A DNA stretch of 64,000 nucleotides from Octopus sinensis. Taxonomy: Eukaryota. This document shows positions 49,452 through 62,310 of this stretch, piece after piece. Under the pieces are notes generated by a model that saw only the letters and a list, made by a program, of their open reading frames with translations, was not told where the DNA came from and did no database searches. The stretch's first letter is position 1; each line of letters opens with the position of its first letter. A program made the position numbers and the translations under genes. The stretch lies in the NCBI RefSeq assembly GCF_006345805.1, contig NC_043007.1, positions 32,984,001 to 33,048,000 of the forward strand, written 5' to 3'.

Positions 49452-49680
49452 GTCATCATCATCATTATCATCATCGTCATCATCATCATCATCATCATCA
49501 TCATCACCGTCATCATCGTCGTCATCGTCATCATCATCATCTTCACCATCATCAACTACGACATCGTCGTCATCATAGTCAGTGTCGTCATCATCGTTGT
49601 CATCATTACCGTCGTCGTCATCACCGACTTCATCCTCATCACCATCATCATCATCATCATCATCTTCATTGTCATCATCG
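48860..49680. repeat. About 800-bp (CAT)n array with CGT variants and internal higher-order duplications
   Basis: cagcatcatcaccagcgtcatcagcatttcc occurs at about 48914 and about 49058. Source of the poly-Met ORF. Confidence 0.97.
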
Positions 49681-50249
49681 ACGTCAACCAGAATAATAAT
49701 CTAAGTTTCGATTTCAAAACAACAAAAAAATTAAAACAGAGAAAAAAAGCTGAAGAATATGTCTATTGTAAATATCGATGTTCCATCTCCAAATGCATTC
49801 CTGCTAGCAGGCGACGACATTGCAAAGAGTGGACAAGAAATCTACACTTCCTCCCACTCTACTCATCACGCTATTAAACACGGACACACACACAAACACG
49901 TACGCAAGTACATACACACACGGCACACATAGACAAACAGAGAGACACGCACGCCTACGCACACATACGCCCAACCTCAACCACACGCATACACTTCCCC
50001 TCCCCCACCCCGTGCTCCGGTGCAATTGATTTCCTGAAACAAGAATTCAACTCTCTCAAAGACAGATATTCAAGCTACTTTTATTAAAAACCCATTGAAT
50101 ATTTTTCGTTCTTATACGTACATGTATATATATATATGTGTGTGTGTGTATGTGTGTGTATGTATGTGTATGTGTGTGTATGTGTGTGTGTGTGTTGTAT
50201 GTGTGTGTGGTGTTGTATGTGTGTGTGTTGTGTGAGTAAGAACATTTAG

Positions 50250-50286
<37 letters not shown>

Positions 50287-50348
50287 CATACACACACACA
50301 CACACATAATATATATTATACATATATATGTGCATATACATATATATT

Positions 50349-50380
<32 letters not shown>

Positions 50381-50464
50381 AATATATACACACACATGTA
50401 CACATATATATACACACACATATATATACATATATATTTGCATATATATATATATATATATAAT

Positions 50465-50505
<41 letters not shown>

Positions 50506-51007
50506 AAATGTATGCATGTATGTATATGTACATATATATATAAACATATATTTTGATTTTCTTTTCTACTTTCGTTTTCCGAGGTTCTAATTTTTCATCT
50601 TTAGAATTCATGTCGCCAGTAAGCTTAATATACAACAAATGGACTGTATTGTAAGACTTGCTACACATATTCCTCTTTTTAGATTGCTTAATAGAAAATT
50701 CACAGTTATTTATTCATATTTTGGGATGGTGCAATAGGCAAAGTCGTTAGAGCGTCGTTCGCCATATTTTAATGTTTATTCCGGCTCTATGAACATTGAG
50801 TTCAAGTTCTGCCAACATCAATATTTTCGGAGATCGATAAAAAATTTTTTTAATGTCTGCTGCTGTAGAAGTCCGTTGATTTGCGAAAATATTAGAGAAT
50901 CGGACAGAAAACACTCCGGTATCTGTTCTGGCTGTCTGCACTCTGAGTTCAAATTTCACGGTAAGCAACGTCTTTATACATTTTATATATATATATATGT
51001 ATATATA

Positions 51008-51133
51008 TAGGGAGAATTCACACAAAAAAACCAAAAAAGACGAAGGCAGGTGGTGTAAACAACAAATAGATGTATTAGTATAACGCTCGGGAAGTGAAAA
51101 AGACTTTAACGTTTCGAGCCTACACTCTTCCAC

Positions 51134-51135
<2 letters not shown>
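51008..51135 (-). mobile_element. Putative PLE terminal fragment (same family as 8076-8290)
   Basis: ggagaattcac..aagacgaag-caggtggtgta..tgtattagtataacg-tcgggaa is shared. HHR-like motif at 51104-51135. (TA)n on both sides. Confidence 0.65.
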
Positions 51136-51179
<44 letters not shown>

Positions 51180-51300
51180 TAATTAAATTTTAAAATTGAA
51201 TGAAATTAATAGTATTTTAGAATTTGTGTACATTTAAACTAATTAAGTATTATTTTACAAAATAATAGAATTATATTTTTTGATTAAAACCCTTTCTAAC

Positions 51301-51470
51301 ATGGAAGTATCCAAAGAGCATTTGAAACACATAATGCTTTATGAGTACAAAAAAGGAGACTCTGCTGCTGAAGCGACTTGAAACATACATTCAATTTATG
51401 GGAAAGAATGCTTGAATGAAAGAACTTGCAGAAGACGGTATGCAAAATTCAGAAGTGTAAATTTCAGCTT
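51301..51470 (+). pseudogene. Mariner transposase N-terminal remnant
   Basis: MEVSKEHLKHIMLYEYKKGDSAAEAT*NIHSIYGKECLNERTCRRRYAKFRS. Confidence 0.75.
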
Positions 51471-51511
51471 GTTTTCTTTATTCAAAATTCGGACAGAGCT
51501 TATGGGATGAC

Positions 51512-51563
<52 letters not shown>

Positions 51564-51567
51564 TATA

Positions 51568-51600
51568 TTCGGTTGGTAACTAAGTTCCCGCCGCTTTTTA
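51568..51600 (+). mobile_element. Solo mariner TIR
   Basis: TA|TTCGGTTGGTAACTAAGTTCCCGCCGCTTTTT matches the TIRs of 43803-44998. Confidence 0.75.
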
Positions 51601-51609
51601 AGGTAGTGT

Positions 51610-53080
51610 TTTTCAAAGTAGTGTAGCCTAGTTCACTAAAGCATGAAATCAACTGTGTTGTCTTATTTATCTGTGTCTTCTGAGCTCATATTGCACTGGT
51701 AGTTCCAATATCTACCGTTAGGCGTCATCGTGATTCCCGCGATCGTTTTGAATTTAGATTTGTTTACATTTGTTTATCGTTTAGATTCGCTAATTTACAT
51801 TCATTTGTAACTTTAATTTTTGCCTCCATGACGCCTAAGAAAAGCCCTGGTGAAAGTGTTAAGCGTTATGCTATAAGGCTGGAGGATATGTTGGCGATAA
51901 TAAAACGTCATGATAAAGGTGAAAAATTGTAACGGTTGCACGATCTTTCAGGATAAGTCGGACAACTGTATCGATGATTGTGGATAATAAGGGCAAGGTT
52001 TTAATAAATATCACATCTGAAGCCCCAGAGATGAAGAATACTGTCATCAACAAGAAAAGTGGCAAAATCTTTGAAGAAATACAGTCTTCTATCTATTTAG
52101 ATTGATAGGCAGAATCGTCAGAATGCTACTCTTAGTCAAGAAATCGTTCAGGAGAATGCATTGTCTTTGTTTGAAGACCTGAAAAAAAAAGTAACCAGAT
52201 GTGAAAAATGTAGAGTTCAAGGCAAGTCAAGGATGGTTTTAAGAGATTTAAAAACCGAAGAAATTATCGCTTCCTTAAGAAACAAGGTGAAAGCGCATCA
52301 ACTGAGGCAGCAGCGGAATTTTCCGCGACATTGAAGAAGATCAGCGAAGAAAACAGGTTTCTTCCCGAGAAAATATTATTACAATATAATCCCGAGATGA
52401 CACTGGATTATATTGTAAGCAATTGCCAGATCGCTAATTTATTTCACGGAGGAAGAAACAATTCCAGGCTACAAGGTCTCAAAAGAACGTGTGACCATAA
52501 TATTAGAATGTAAGTGTGCAGGAGAGTTTAAGTTAATGCCCTGACGAATATACCCAAAGCATCTCTTCCTATTATATGGATGGCTAATTCAAAAGCGTGG
52601 GTTACTGTTGTTATTTTGTAAGATTAGTTCTTTAATCATTTTATCCCAGCAGCAGAAACATATTATACAGAGAAAGGGATTCCTTTTATGGTTTTACAAA
52701 ATAATAATTATTTGTTTGCAAGCTTAAAATAGTCTTTTATTAACCGTGTCTTATTGAAAATGCATTCATAAAGTACAGTACAGCACAGCACGGAAAAATG
52801 GCTATTAGCGATGTAGACATCACTAAATTGAGCGTATTGGTAAATCTAAAATACTTTTTTTTTTACTTTATTACAAAATAATAGATATATTTGTTTGTAA
52901 ACTTAAATAGGATTTTATTAACCATGTCTTATCGAAAATGTATTCATAAATAAAGTACAGCCCTGGAGAATGGTTTTTAGCAGTTTAGGGTAGGCTAGGC
53001 CAGGCCTAGCCTAACCTATAGACGAACAATTTGACTTATATCGTGTCTCCTGGAACCAATTAACGACTTAAGGTGAAGTA
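51610..53080 (+). mobile_element. Degenerate Tigger/pogo transposon
   Basis: ATG at 51828. Remnants: CENP-B-like HTH (SQEIVQENALSLFEDLKK..EFKASQGWF..RFKNR..GESAS), IPGYKVSKERVT and WMANSKAWVT. Tigger-like 3' terminus ggaaccaattaacgacttaagg. The 5' boundary is uncertain. Confidence 0.85.
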
Positions 53081-53147
53081 AATATATATACATATATATA
53101 TATACATATATATATATTATATATATAATATTATATAATATATATAT

Positions 53148-53190
<43 letters not shown>

Positions 53191-53204
53191 AACACACAAA
53201 CACA

Positions 53205-53797
53205 GGGAGCGATGATTAAATTATCGCCATGGACTGAAGGCAAGGATTATGGCAGCACACACCAACTAAACAAGGAGGCCGCCCAGAAGAGTTGCAGGAG
53301 ATTCCGAAGTTATCTGGAGGCCATGGTTGAGGCCAATGCCGATTTTATTGAAGAAATTTACTCAGGTATTTCAAGATATTTATATGTAATTTTGATTGTT
53401 TGATTTGTTTGTCCCTTCTCGAGCCACGCCTGGCTCATAAGGGCCGGTTTCCCGGGTTCCTTGCCGTATAGGTTTCCCACCAGGACGGGACACCGGTCCG
53501 TTACAGGTGAGCTGCTAGTTGCAGGAGGAAAGAGTGAGAGAAAGTCGTGACGAAAGAGTCAACAGAAGTTCGCCATTACCTTCTGCTGGAGCCGCGTGGA
53601 GCTTAGGTGTTTCGCTCATAAACACACACTTCACCCGGTCTGAGATTCGAACCCGCGATGCCTCGACCACGAGTCTGCTGCTCTAACCACTAGGCCATGT
53701 GCCTCCACAATTTTGGTAAATATATCTATTAAAATGAGATGTCTGTGTTATATTCATTTTTGCGTAATTTAGACGACAGTTTATTCACCGCACCATG
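53205..53797 (+). mobile_element. 3' part of a maT/Tc1-like transposon (family of 36740-37455), interrupted by a SINE
   Basis: QKSCRRFRSYLEAMVEANADFIE; terminal ttattcaccgcaccatg|TA. Confidence 0.78.
53395..53708 (-). mobile_element. SINE B with tail 3 and 7-bp TSD
   Basis: Family B head and core joined to gaccggtgtcccgtcctgg..ggaaaccggcccttatgagccagg. TSD aattttg at 53388-53394 and 53709-53715. Confidence 0.85.
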
Positions 53798-54406
53798 TAT
53801 ATTTTCCGAGATTGATAAATAGATGTATGCTTCTAGGTCTGTGAAAATCGTGGAACTGTTATAGAATCGAACAAAATGCCTTGTGGTACATATTTCGGCT
53901 CTCTGTGGCCTGAGTCCAAATTCGACCGCGGTTTACACGTTTCTTTTTTGATTTTGTTTTTTTAGGGGATATGGTTGGCAGAACTGTTAGAGAATCGGAT
54001 AAAATACCTTGTGCTATCTAATCCAGCATATTTGCGGTCTGACGTCAGCAGCCTCGCGACGGCACTGGTGCCAAGCTCGTCCTTTGACGAAAAACCATTC
54101 CCATGAGCAACAATGTTGGCCTAGAGGGTGGAGATTTGTATGAAAAGGTTTAAAACAAAATATAAAAACCGACAAGATGATCACGGCTAGAATGTTTATC
54201 ATCACAGGTCTGCTTCATCATCATTATCCCCACCTCCACCACCATCATCATTATCATAAGCATCTCCATGATCATCACAATAATCCTTATCCCGTCGTCA
54301 TTGTCTTCATCATCATCACCATCATCATCCATGTCATCGAATTTATAATCGTCGTCATCATCATTGTTGTCGTCGTCATGTCATCGTGATGTCGTCTTCT
54401 TTGCCG

Positions 54407-54448
<42 letters not shown>

Positions 54449-55589
54449 CCATCATCATCGTTATCTTCCACAAAATAGACATTGCGCCAATCTCCACATT
54501 TATGCGAAGATACATGGGCATCCGCGTTCGATGTAGACCCTTAGTACCGGTTTATTTCAGGTTTTATTTATTTTACGGGTACCCATCTACACAAATTTTC
54601 AGATTGTATTTTGCTCTTAATAAAACTTCCATAGCTAATCTTCTCCCTTACCGTTTTTCTTTTTTCTGTTTTTTTTTTTTGTTTGCATAAATTCTATATA
54701 AGATGGTTAATGATATCAGCGAACAGTATTTTTTTTCTATCAAGTCCTGTTCCGCGGTCTTTATTATAATATCACTATAGCGATGTATTTACAAAGAACC
54801 ATTATTACACGTTATGTAATATAGAGCAGGAAGCAAAACTAGATAGAAAAACTAAGCAAAGCATTAGTAGATAACACCAGAATCGTACATTGGATTCCTT
54901 AAAAAATAAACGTATAGAAGCTAAATTGTGGACGTTTTATTGGTAGAAAAATACAAGGTAATTCTAAAATACACTTAAAATAAACTACGAAAGTACCCCG
55001 GAGATAACCGCTAAACAATCGTAATAGCAGTGGTGATGATTTTATCTGTTATAACATCAACATCTTTCCTTTGCAGTCTAATACAGCAGTGTGGCAACGG
55101 CGTGTCTTGAGAGGATCAGGTAGAGAAGTTCTAGAACCATTAATGGAGTTAATGGAATTGTGAAAGTTGTTGTTCGAAACAAGCCATAAACAACTATTAA
55201 GGAAATATGAAGAATCGTTAATAAAAAAAAAGAGAAAAAACAAACAAACAGAGGATTAAACCCCAACATGGTTCTATTTTCAATATGATACACGTAAGTC
55301 TTTAAATGTACGATTTTATATGCGTAGGTGAGTGCTGGGTATGTATTTAGTATATATATATATATATATATACAGTGTGAGAGACGCGCGCAGACGTAGA
55401 GTTATTTACAGCTCGAAAAATCTTTCCTCTGGATATCAAAACATGCACACACACGTACATGTGTGTATTTATTTATCACTCATGACATATGTACGTACAC
55501 ACAGAGTTTATTTTCAACATAACACATGTGTCTGTATGGTAAATGTATATATCAATAGGTGGGTTCTTGCCTAATACATATATACATGC

Positions 55590-55650
<61 letters not shown>

Positions 55651-55862
55651 AAATATATTGGTAAATGTGTGTAATCTTGCGACGAACCGGCGTGCCGTGC
55701 AGGTGTTGAATGCTAGAAACCGAAGATTCTAGGAAACCCATTCTTTGAACTTATAGCTCGGGAAGGACCTTTGTTTCTACTTCCCTTTTTCTTATATGTA
55801 AATAAGGATAGATACACAGACAGACTGATACATGGTATACATATATGAATTAATACACATGT

Positions 55863-56237
55863 ATAATTGTTGGCACTCCGTCGCTTACGATAACGAGGGT
55901 TACAGTTGATCCGATCAACGGAATATCCTGCTCGTGAAATTAACGTGCAAGTGGCTGAGCACTCCACAGACACGTGTACTCTTAACGTAGTTCTCGGGGA
56001 GATTCAGCGTGATAAGGCTGGCCCTTTGAATTACAGACACAACAGAAACAGGAAGTAAGAGTGAGAGAAAATTGTGATGAAAAAGAACAGCAGGGTTCGC
56101 CACCATCCCCTGCCGCAGCCTCGTGGAGCTTTAAGTGTTTTCGCACAATAAACACTCACAGCGCCCGGTCTGGGAATTGAAACCGCGATCCTATGACCGC
56201 CAGTCCGCTGCCCTAACCACTGGGCCATTGCACCTCC
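55863..56237 (-). mobile_element. SINE B, tail 1
   Basis: Diverged inverted copy of 6394-6773. Confidence 0.9.
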
Positions 56238-56584
56238 ACATATATAATATATAAACATAAATATACATCTTAATGTGAGTGGGCAGGTGGTGCTTGTATG
56301 TGTATGGTTGTGTGTGTGTGTGCGTGCGTGTGAGTGTCTGTGTGTATGTATGTGTGTGTGTGTGTGTGTCTGTGTGTGTGTGTCTGTGTGTGTGTGTGTG
56401 CGTGTGTAGGCATTTGCTTACTTGGTTCGACCATTAGCACCTTAACAAATATAGAATAATCTGGTGAATAACCGCAGTATATAGCTAAGTGAATATTGAA
56501 CATAATCTGTTTATGTTAGTGTAGAAAAAGTAAAGGAAGTTTCATAAGTTAACCAATACAAAAAGCTCCAAAATAAAGTAATTA

Positions 56585-56620
56585 ATATAATAATAATAAC
56601 AACACAACAACAACAACAAC

Positions 56621-56651
<31 letters not shown>

Positions 56652-56751
56652 TAATAGTAATAGTAATAGTAATAATAATATAATATAAAAAAAATAAAAT
56701 AATAATAATAATAATAATAATGATTAATAATAATAATAATAATAAAAAAAA

Positions 56752-56785
<34 letters not shown>

Positions 56786-56868
56786 TTAATAATAATATTA
56801 ATAATGACTATAAAACCCCAGTCTCAGTTTGATAGCATGCGTTGCTCTCAATAATAACAATGATAGAG

Positions 56869-56941
<73 letters not shown>

Positions 56942-57055
56942 CGATGATGATGATGATGAGAGATGATGATGGTGGTGGTGGTGGTTGTGGTTGTGGTGGT
57001 GGTGGTGGGGTGGTGGTGGTGGTGGTGGCGGTGGTAGTTGTGGTGGTGGTGGCGA
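56585..57055. repeat. (AAT)n, (GAT)n and (GGT)n microsatellite cluster
   Basis: Directly visible. Confidence 0.93.
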
Positions 57056-57340
57056 AATGTGCAACATACGGCTTCTTGCTAAAGGGTGTTCACTTTTACG
57101 CGTCTGGTGTGTTTGTGAACATAATGGAACAAACACATGGTTGACTATGTGAACGTGTTCGAACATTTGTGTTTGCATTTATATATATATATATAGATAT
57201 ATATATATATGTAATGCAATGTGTGCAGATATGTATGTGTATATACATTTATGCACGCAAACACACATAAACAGATACACAGACACACATACACACACAG
57301 AGAGATACGTACACGTACAAATATATTACACACATACATA

Positions 57341-57717
57341 CACTACCGTCAGAAATTAATTAGCACCCTTGATTTGATCTTCACTCAAGGATGTGCTGTC
57401 ACCTAGTGGCCATATCTCGAACTATGCTTTGTTGCGAGTTCACTGTTGCGCAGAACGATGACGTAACTTTGTTTGCAGAGCAGTTTGAGAGTCTACAGCC
57501 TATGATGTTGACATAGCAGTGCAAAAACTTGGAGTGCGGATGCGCAGACAAATCTTCCTTTGTTTAATAGATATAGGTAGCGCCTCGCAAGGACCGAAAT
57601 CACACCATACTAAGTTTTCTCATCGCTTAAGACGTTTTGAACAGCTCATAAGGTTAATTGATTTAACCTATTTAATGTAGAAATTTGAGAAGTGCTAATT
57701 AATTTCTGACGCAAGTG
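57341..57717. mobile_element. Tc1-type MITE, 377 bp, 26-bp TIRs, TA TSD
   Basis: Left TA|CACTACCGTCAGAAATTAATTAGCAC; right GTGCTAATTAATTTCTGACGCAAGTG|TA (24/26 match). Confidence 0.88.
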
Positions 57718-57914
57718 TACATCTAATTACAGCATACATATGTACATGCACACATAATGTACATACACATGCTTATTTGCTAACTTCCAATACAAGATTA
57801 ACACACAAGGTTGGCCCGAAGCTGTGATAGAAGAGGTGATGGGCCATGTGACACAGCTGCGAATCACTTGATTGCAAAGACTTACCGGCACTATTGTAAA
57901 TGTGTCAATATTCT

Positions 57915-58070
57915 CCACACGTTCTGAGTTCAAATTCCGCCAAGGTCGTCTTTGCCTTTCATCCTTTCGGGATCGATAAATTAAGTACCAGTTGTGTACT
58001 GGGGTCGGTGTAACCGACTGTCCCCCTACCCCGAAATTTCGGGCCTTGTGCCTAGTGTCGAATAGAATAT
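57915..58070 (+). mobile_element. SINE A, tail 2, 5'-truncated
   Basis: acgttctgagttcaaattccgcc..ccgaaatttcgggccttgtgcctag. Confidence 0.85.
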
Positions 58071-58129
58071 TCCCCACACTTTCACCTACACACATCGACT
58101 TCGATATATATATGTATGTATGTATTATG

Positions 58130-58215
<86 letters not shown>

Positions 58216-58618
58216 AGAGCATCTTCTAATTTCTTAACTAGGTCTCCCTCTACTCTATTTCGATCTATCTCGCTGCTTTGTTTGACTAAGTGATTTTTAT
58301 TGTTGTTATTGTTACTGCACTGTTAGGCATTCGGAGTTCTAAGTCCATCGTGGTCGAAATTTGTCTTTTCTCATTTCGAGGTCGATAACATAAGCACCAG
58401 TTGAGCACTGGGGCCGATGTAATCGATTTATCACCTCTCCCTAAAATTGCTGACTTTGTGCTAACTTATTATAATTATTTAAATTCCTAACATTATTATT
58501 ATTGTAAAGTATAATAGCTATCTCAATATGGCTAACCACAAAAGGGGTGTTACTGTAGCATTTTAGCCCCAGGAGATCATCGTCTCATCGTTACATCTCG
58601 TTCTGAGATTTAATAATG

Positions 58619-58691
<73 letters not shown>

Positions 58692-58734
58692 CATCATCAT
58701 CATCATCATTATTATTATTATTATTATATTATTA

Positions 58735-58783
<49 letters not shown>

Positions 58784-58784
58784 T

Positions 58785-59578
58785 AGTTTTATTTTTATAG
58801 CGTGCTTTCACTTCACTACCGAGTGCAGCTCTGTGTGCCTTGGGTATGTGCTGTGGTTTGTTGTGATGCTCTGATGGTTAGTGTATGGAAAGTGTCTGCG
58901 TAGGATGTGTGCAGTGCCTAGTAGTGCAATTTCTGTATGTTATAGTGTTTGTAACTCCTGGTGTTTTTGTTATGTATTTGTCTGAATATTTTTTTATCAT
59001 GCCTAATGCACCTACTATGATAGGAATTGTTTCTGTTTTCAGATTCCACATCTAGTTACCTCTATTTCCAGGTTTGTATTTTGAGAGTTTCTCCATTTCT
59101 TTTAGAGACACGTTGTCATCAGCCGTATTGATACATCATTAGAAAGCATTTTTTTTCTTCATGATCTCTGACAACTATATCTGGTTTGTTGGCCTTATTT
59201 CTCTATCTGTGTGTATCGGCATATCCCAGAGTATGGTTGCTTTCTCGTTTTCTGTGACCTTTTCTGGTGTGTGCCTATACCATCTTTTTCTTTGTTGTTA
59301 TTCCATAATGTTGGCATAGCTTCAATGTGTGTAGGTAGGTTCCAACTCTGTCATGTCTGTGAATATATTCCTTCTTAGCCAGGACTGGGCAGCTAGAGAT
59401 AATATGATTTATTGTTTCTTGTCATCTCCACATATTCTGCAGTTACTTGTAATATTTCTTTTCATTACATGTTTTGGTAATTTCTGGTGGGGAGGATTTG
59501 GTCTTGTGCTTCTCACCTGAGCTTCTCAACCATTGCTGGGATTTTTCTTTGTCTATTTCTTTTGCGTTTAGTTTAGTC
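58785..59578 (-). mobile_element. 5'-truncated R4/Dong-like LINE, family B, between (TAA)n tracts
   Basis: QQWLRSSG..AQDQILPTRNY..CRICG..INHIISSCPVLAKKEYIHRHDRVG..ILWDMPIHTDRE..KPDIVVRD..IPIIVGALG, with frameshifts. Confidence 0.88.
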
Positions 59579-59599
59579 CAGTATTATTATTATTATTAT

Positions 59600-61118
59600 T
59601 TTTTTTTTCTCTTTCAAATTGCTTCCATTTCTTGCCGAGTGTCTTCCCGACTCCTAGGGCAAAGAAACTCATGTATACATTGGTAGGCCATTAAACCAAA
59701 CTCAGTAGTTCGTTCATTTTTTTTTTTTTTAAAGTTAAATTAAAATACATGAGCAGCAACAGTTCTCACATCGACAATGCTCTTCTCAATACGTGTGATG
59801 TACCAGTTAAGACAATCTTTTGCACTTCTTGCAGGGATGGTAAGCCAGGGATCATTCTCATATATTTTTCGGTTCCCTTCTTGATCATTCCTAGTGCTCC
59901 TACGATCACTGGATTGTAACCGCCTTGAGATGCCACATTTTCTCAATTTCAATGAGTAGGTCTTTATATTTTTGAGCTTGTCAAACTCTTTCGCTGAGAT
60001 ATTATGATCACAGGGGATGCTCATGTCGATCAATAAGCAAACTTTATTGTTTTGGTCTTTCACAACAATATCTGGTTATTGGCCTTGATGGTTCGGTCTG
60101 TATGTACTGGAAAGTCCCACAGAATGGTTACATTTTCTCCTTCAGTTACAGCCTCAGGGTGGTGATTATACCACTTGTCGGCAGTTTTGATATTGTAATG
60201 CCGACTTATTAGCCAGTGGAGATATTGGCCAACTCTGTCATGTCTTAATTTATACTCCACTGGTGCTAAGACTTTACATTCAGAGATTAGGTGGTCCACT
60301 GTTTCAATCATGTCGTTGCAGAATCGGCATTTTGGGTCTGCTCCATTTTCATCACATTGGCCTGGTAGTTCCGGGTTAATAGGCTTTGATCTTGAGCAGC
60401 CAGGATGAAACCTTCGCTCTCTGCTTTTAGCCCTGAGCTCCGTAGCCACTGATGGGTTTGCTTCTGGTCAACATCAGCTTGTTTGCTGCGGGTCACATAT
60501 TTGCCGTGCAGAGGTTTCTCCTCCCACCTATCAGCCAATTGCTCGTGCACTTTTTTCATTGCCATCATTTTCACCTTCTTTGCAACAATAGTTGCCGTAC
60601 TTCCCTCGGGTTGTTCAGTTTGGGTATCCTGCATGAGATCAATAGCAAATTTTTTGCTTTCCTTTATGATAGAATGAAGCTTCTTTCGTCTCTCGTGATT
60701 TTCCACGAGCTTTAGCATCCAGTCATTCGATATTTCGAGATATTTGGCCAGTCCAATTGTGGTTGTTTTGTAAGCTAGTTCAAATTGGATCAGGCCTCGA
60801 CCTCCTTGGGCTCTGGGAAGGTAAAGGTGATCTACATCTGCCTTTGGGTGGTGCATCCTATTACAACTCAGCAGCTTGCGTATTTTTCTATCTATATTCT
60901 TTACTTCACTCATATTCCAGTTCAACACATTGTAGCTATAAGTAACAACTGGAACTGCTAAGGAATTTATAGCTAACACCTTGTTACGTGCATTTAGTTC
61001 AGATTTGAGGACTGCACGAACTCTCCTATAACATTCCTTCCTGATTTTCTCTTTCATGCTTGCATGCTGAATACCAGAGCCTTTTCTCTTTCATGCTTGC
61101 ATGCTGAATACCAGAGCC
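59600..61118 (-). mobile_element. 5'-truncated R4/Dong-like LINE, family A, between (TAA)n tracts
   Basis: ORFs 60308..61057, 60060..60449 and 59740..60063 contain HPKADVDHLYLPRAQGGRGL, KPLHGKY, AAQDQSLLTRNY, CRFC..HLISEC (CCHC), RHDRV and ILWDFPVHTDRTIKAN. Confidence 0.92.
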
Positions 61119-61152
<34 letters not shown>

Positions 61153-61174
61153 CATCATTATCATTATATTATTA

Positions 61175-61242
<68 letters not shown>

Positions 61243-61777
61243 AGTGAGAGAGCAGTGCATGCCATCAAAGTGACACTGGGGTAAAAATATACGAAGCCCA
61301 ATATACCCATCATGACTACCCGTTTGATAAGGGTGCACCAGGCACATGCATCACAACCATATGTGCGCGACATGGTGATCTCATATCAAGATAAACAGCA
61401 GCACATGACCTTGCAGGTGGGGGTCTAGTTAGAATTTTTCCTCAGGTCGAGAAGCCCATCCCACTCAAAAGGTCCCAGAATAAGGGTTGCTTAAGGATGT
61501 TGAACGAAACAACCATGTTTCCAGAGGTGAATTATCCAAACCCCAAAGAATGATGCTCCACCACTACTTCTGCTCATGATCAGAGATACACATATCGTCA
61601 GCCACTAAGGGACATGCTCAACTGCTTAAGGTCAAACAACTGACGAGCAAATCTGTGGTACTGAGGAAAATATTTGTAGCCCATCTTTTATACCAAGACA
61701 AAACAATGTACATGATAACTCTACCCATTAGTCAAAATAAGAAGCCATGAGAACCACTGTCTGGTACTGCATCAGAG

Positions 61778-61778
<1 letters not shown>
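61243..61778 (-). mobile_element. Second copy of the about 520-bp non-coding repeat
   Basis: Collinear with 32429-32942. Lies between (TAG)n/(TTA)n and (TTA)n tracts. Confidence 0.75.
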
Positions 61779-61847
<69 letters not shown>

Positions 61848-62236
61848 CATCATTATTATTATTATTTTGTATATTTATTGTAATTCTATGAAATTGTTTC
61901 GCTGGCTGTCTTAATGCAGCTGTAATCAAATTGCTCGCATTATACTGTGCGATTGTTGCTAAGACAAGAAATAAATAAAATGAACAAGATTGAATTTTAA
62001 AATTTAAAAAGTAAGTAAATAAATAAACATAAAAACGTCTAAATCACTTAGAGAGACAATTTGCCATACTTAGCGGATGCGCCAATGTGCAGACACATAA
62101 TATACACACAGAAATGCGTAACAACATCGGCGCGATCACAGCGGACGCAAAGACACACGCACAGATGTAATGACACATACACACGCTCGCTCACACACAC
62201 ATATACGAATATGTATATGTATACAATATTTATATA

Positions 62237-62288
<52 letters not shown>

Positions 62289-62310
62289 GTTAATATATAT
62301 ATATATATAT

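Noticed and set aside
48890-49555. 221-aa poly-Met ORF (His-rich on the other strand), suggestive of a metal-binding protein
   Set aside because: It is a (CAT)n microsatellite with no flanking coding context or splice support.
52690-52990. About 130-bp diverged tandem duplication
   Set aside because: It lies within the Tigger 3' region and is an ordinary internal duplication.
56971-57054. G-quadruplex potential of the (GGT)n tract
   Set aside because: Only two-tier G runs in an ordinary microsatellite; nothing specific to this locus.
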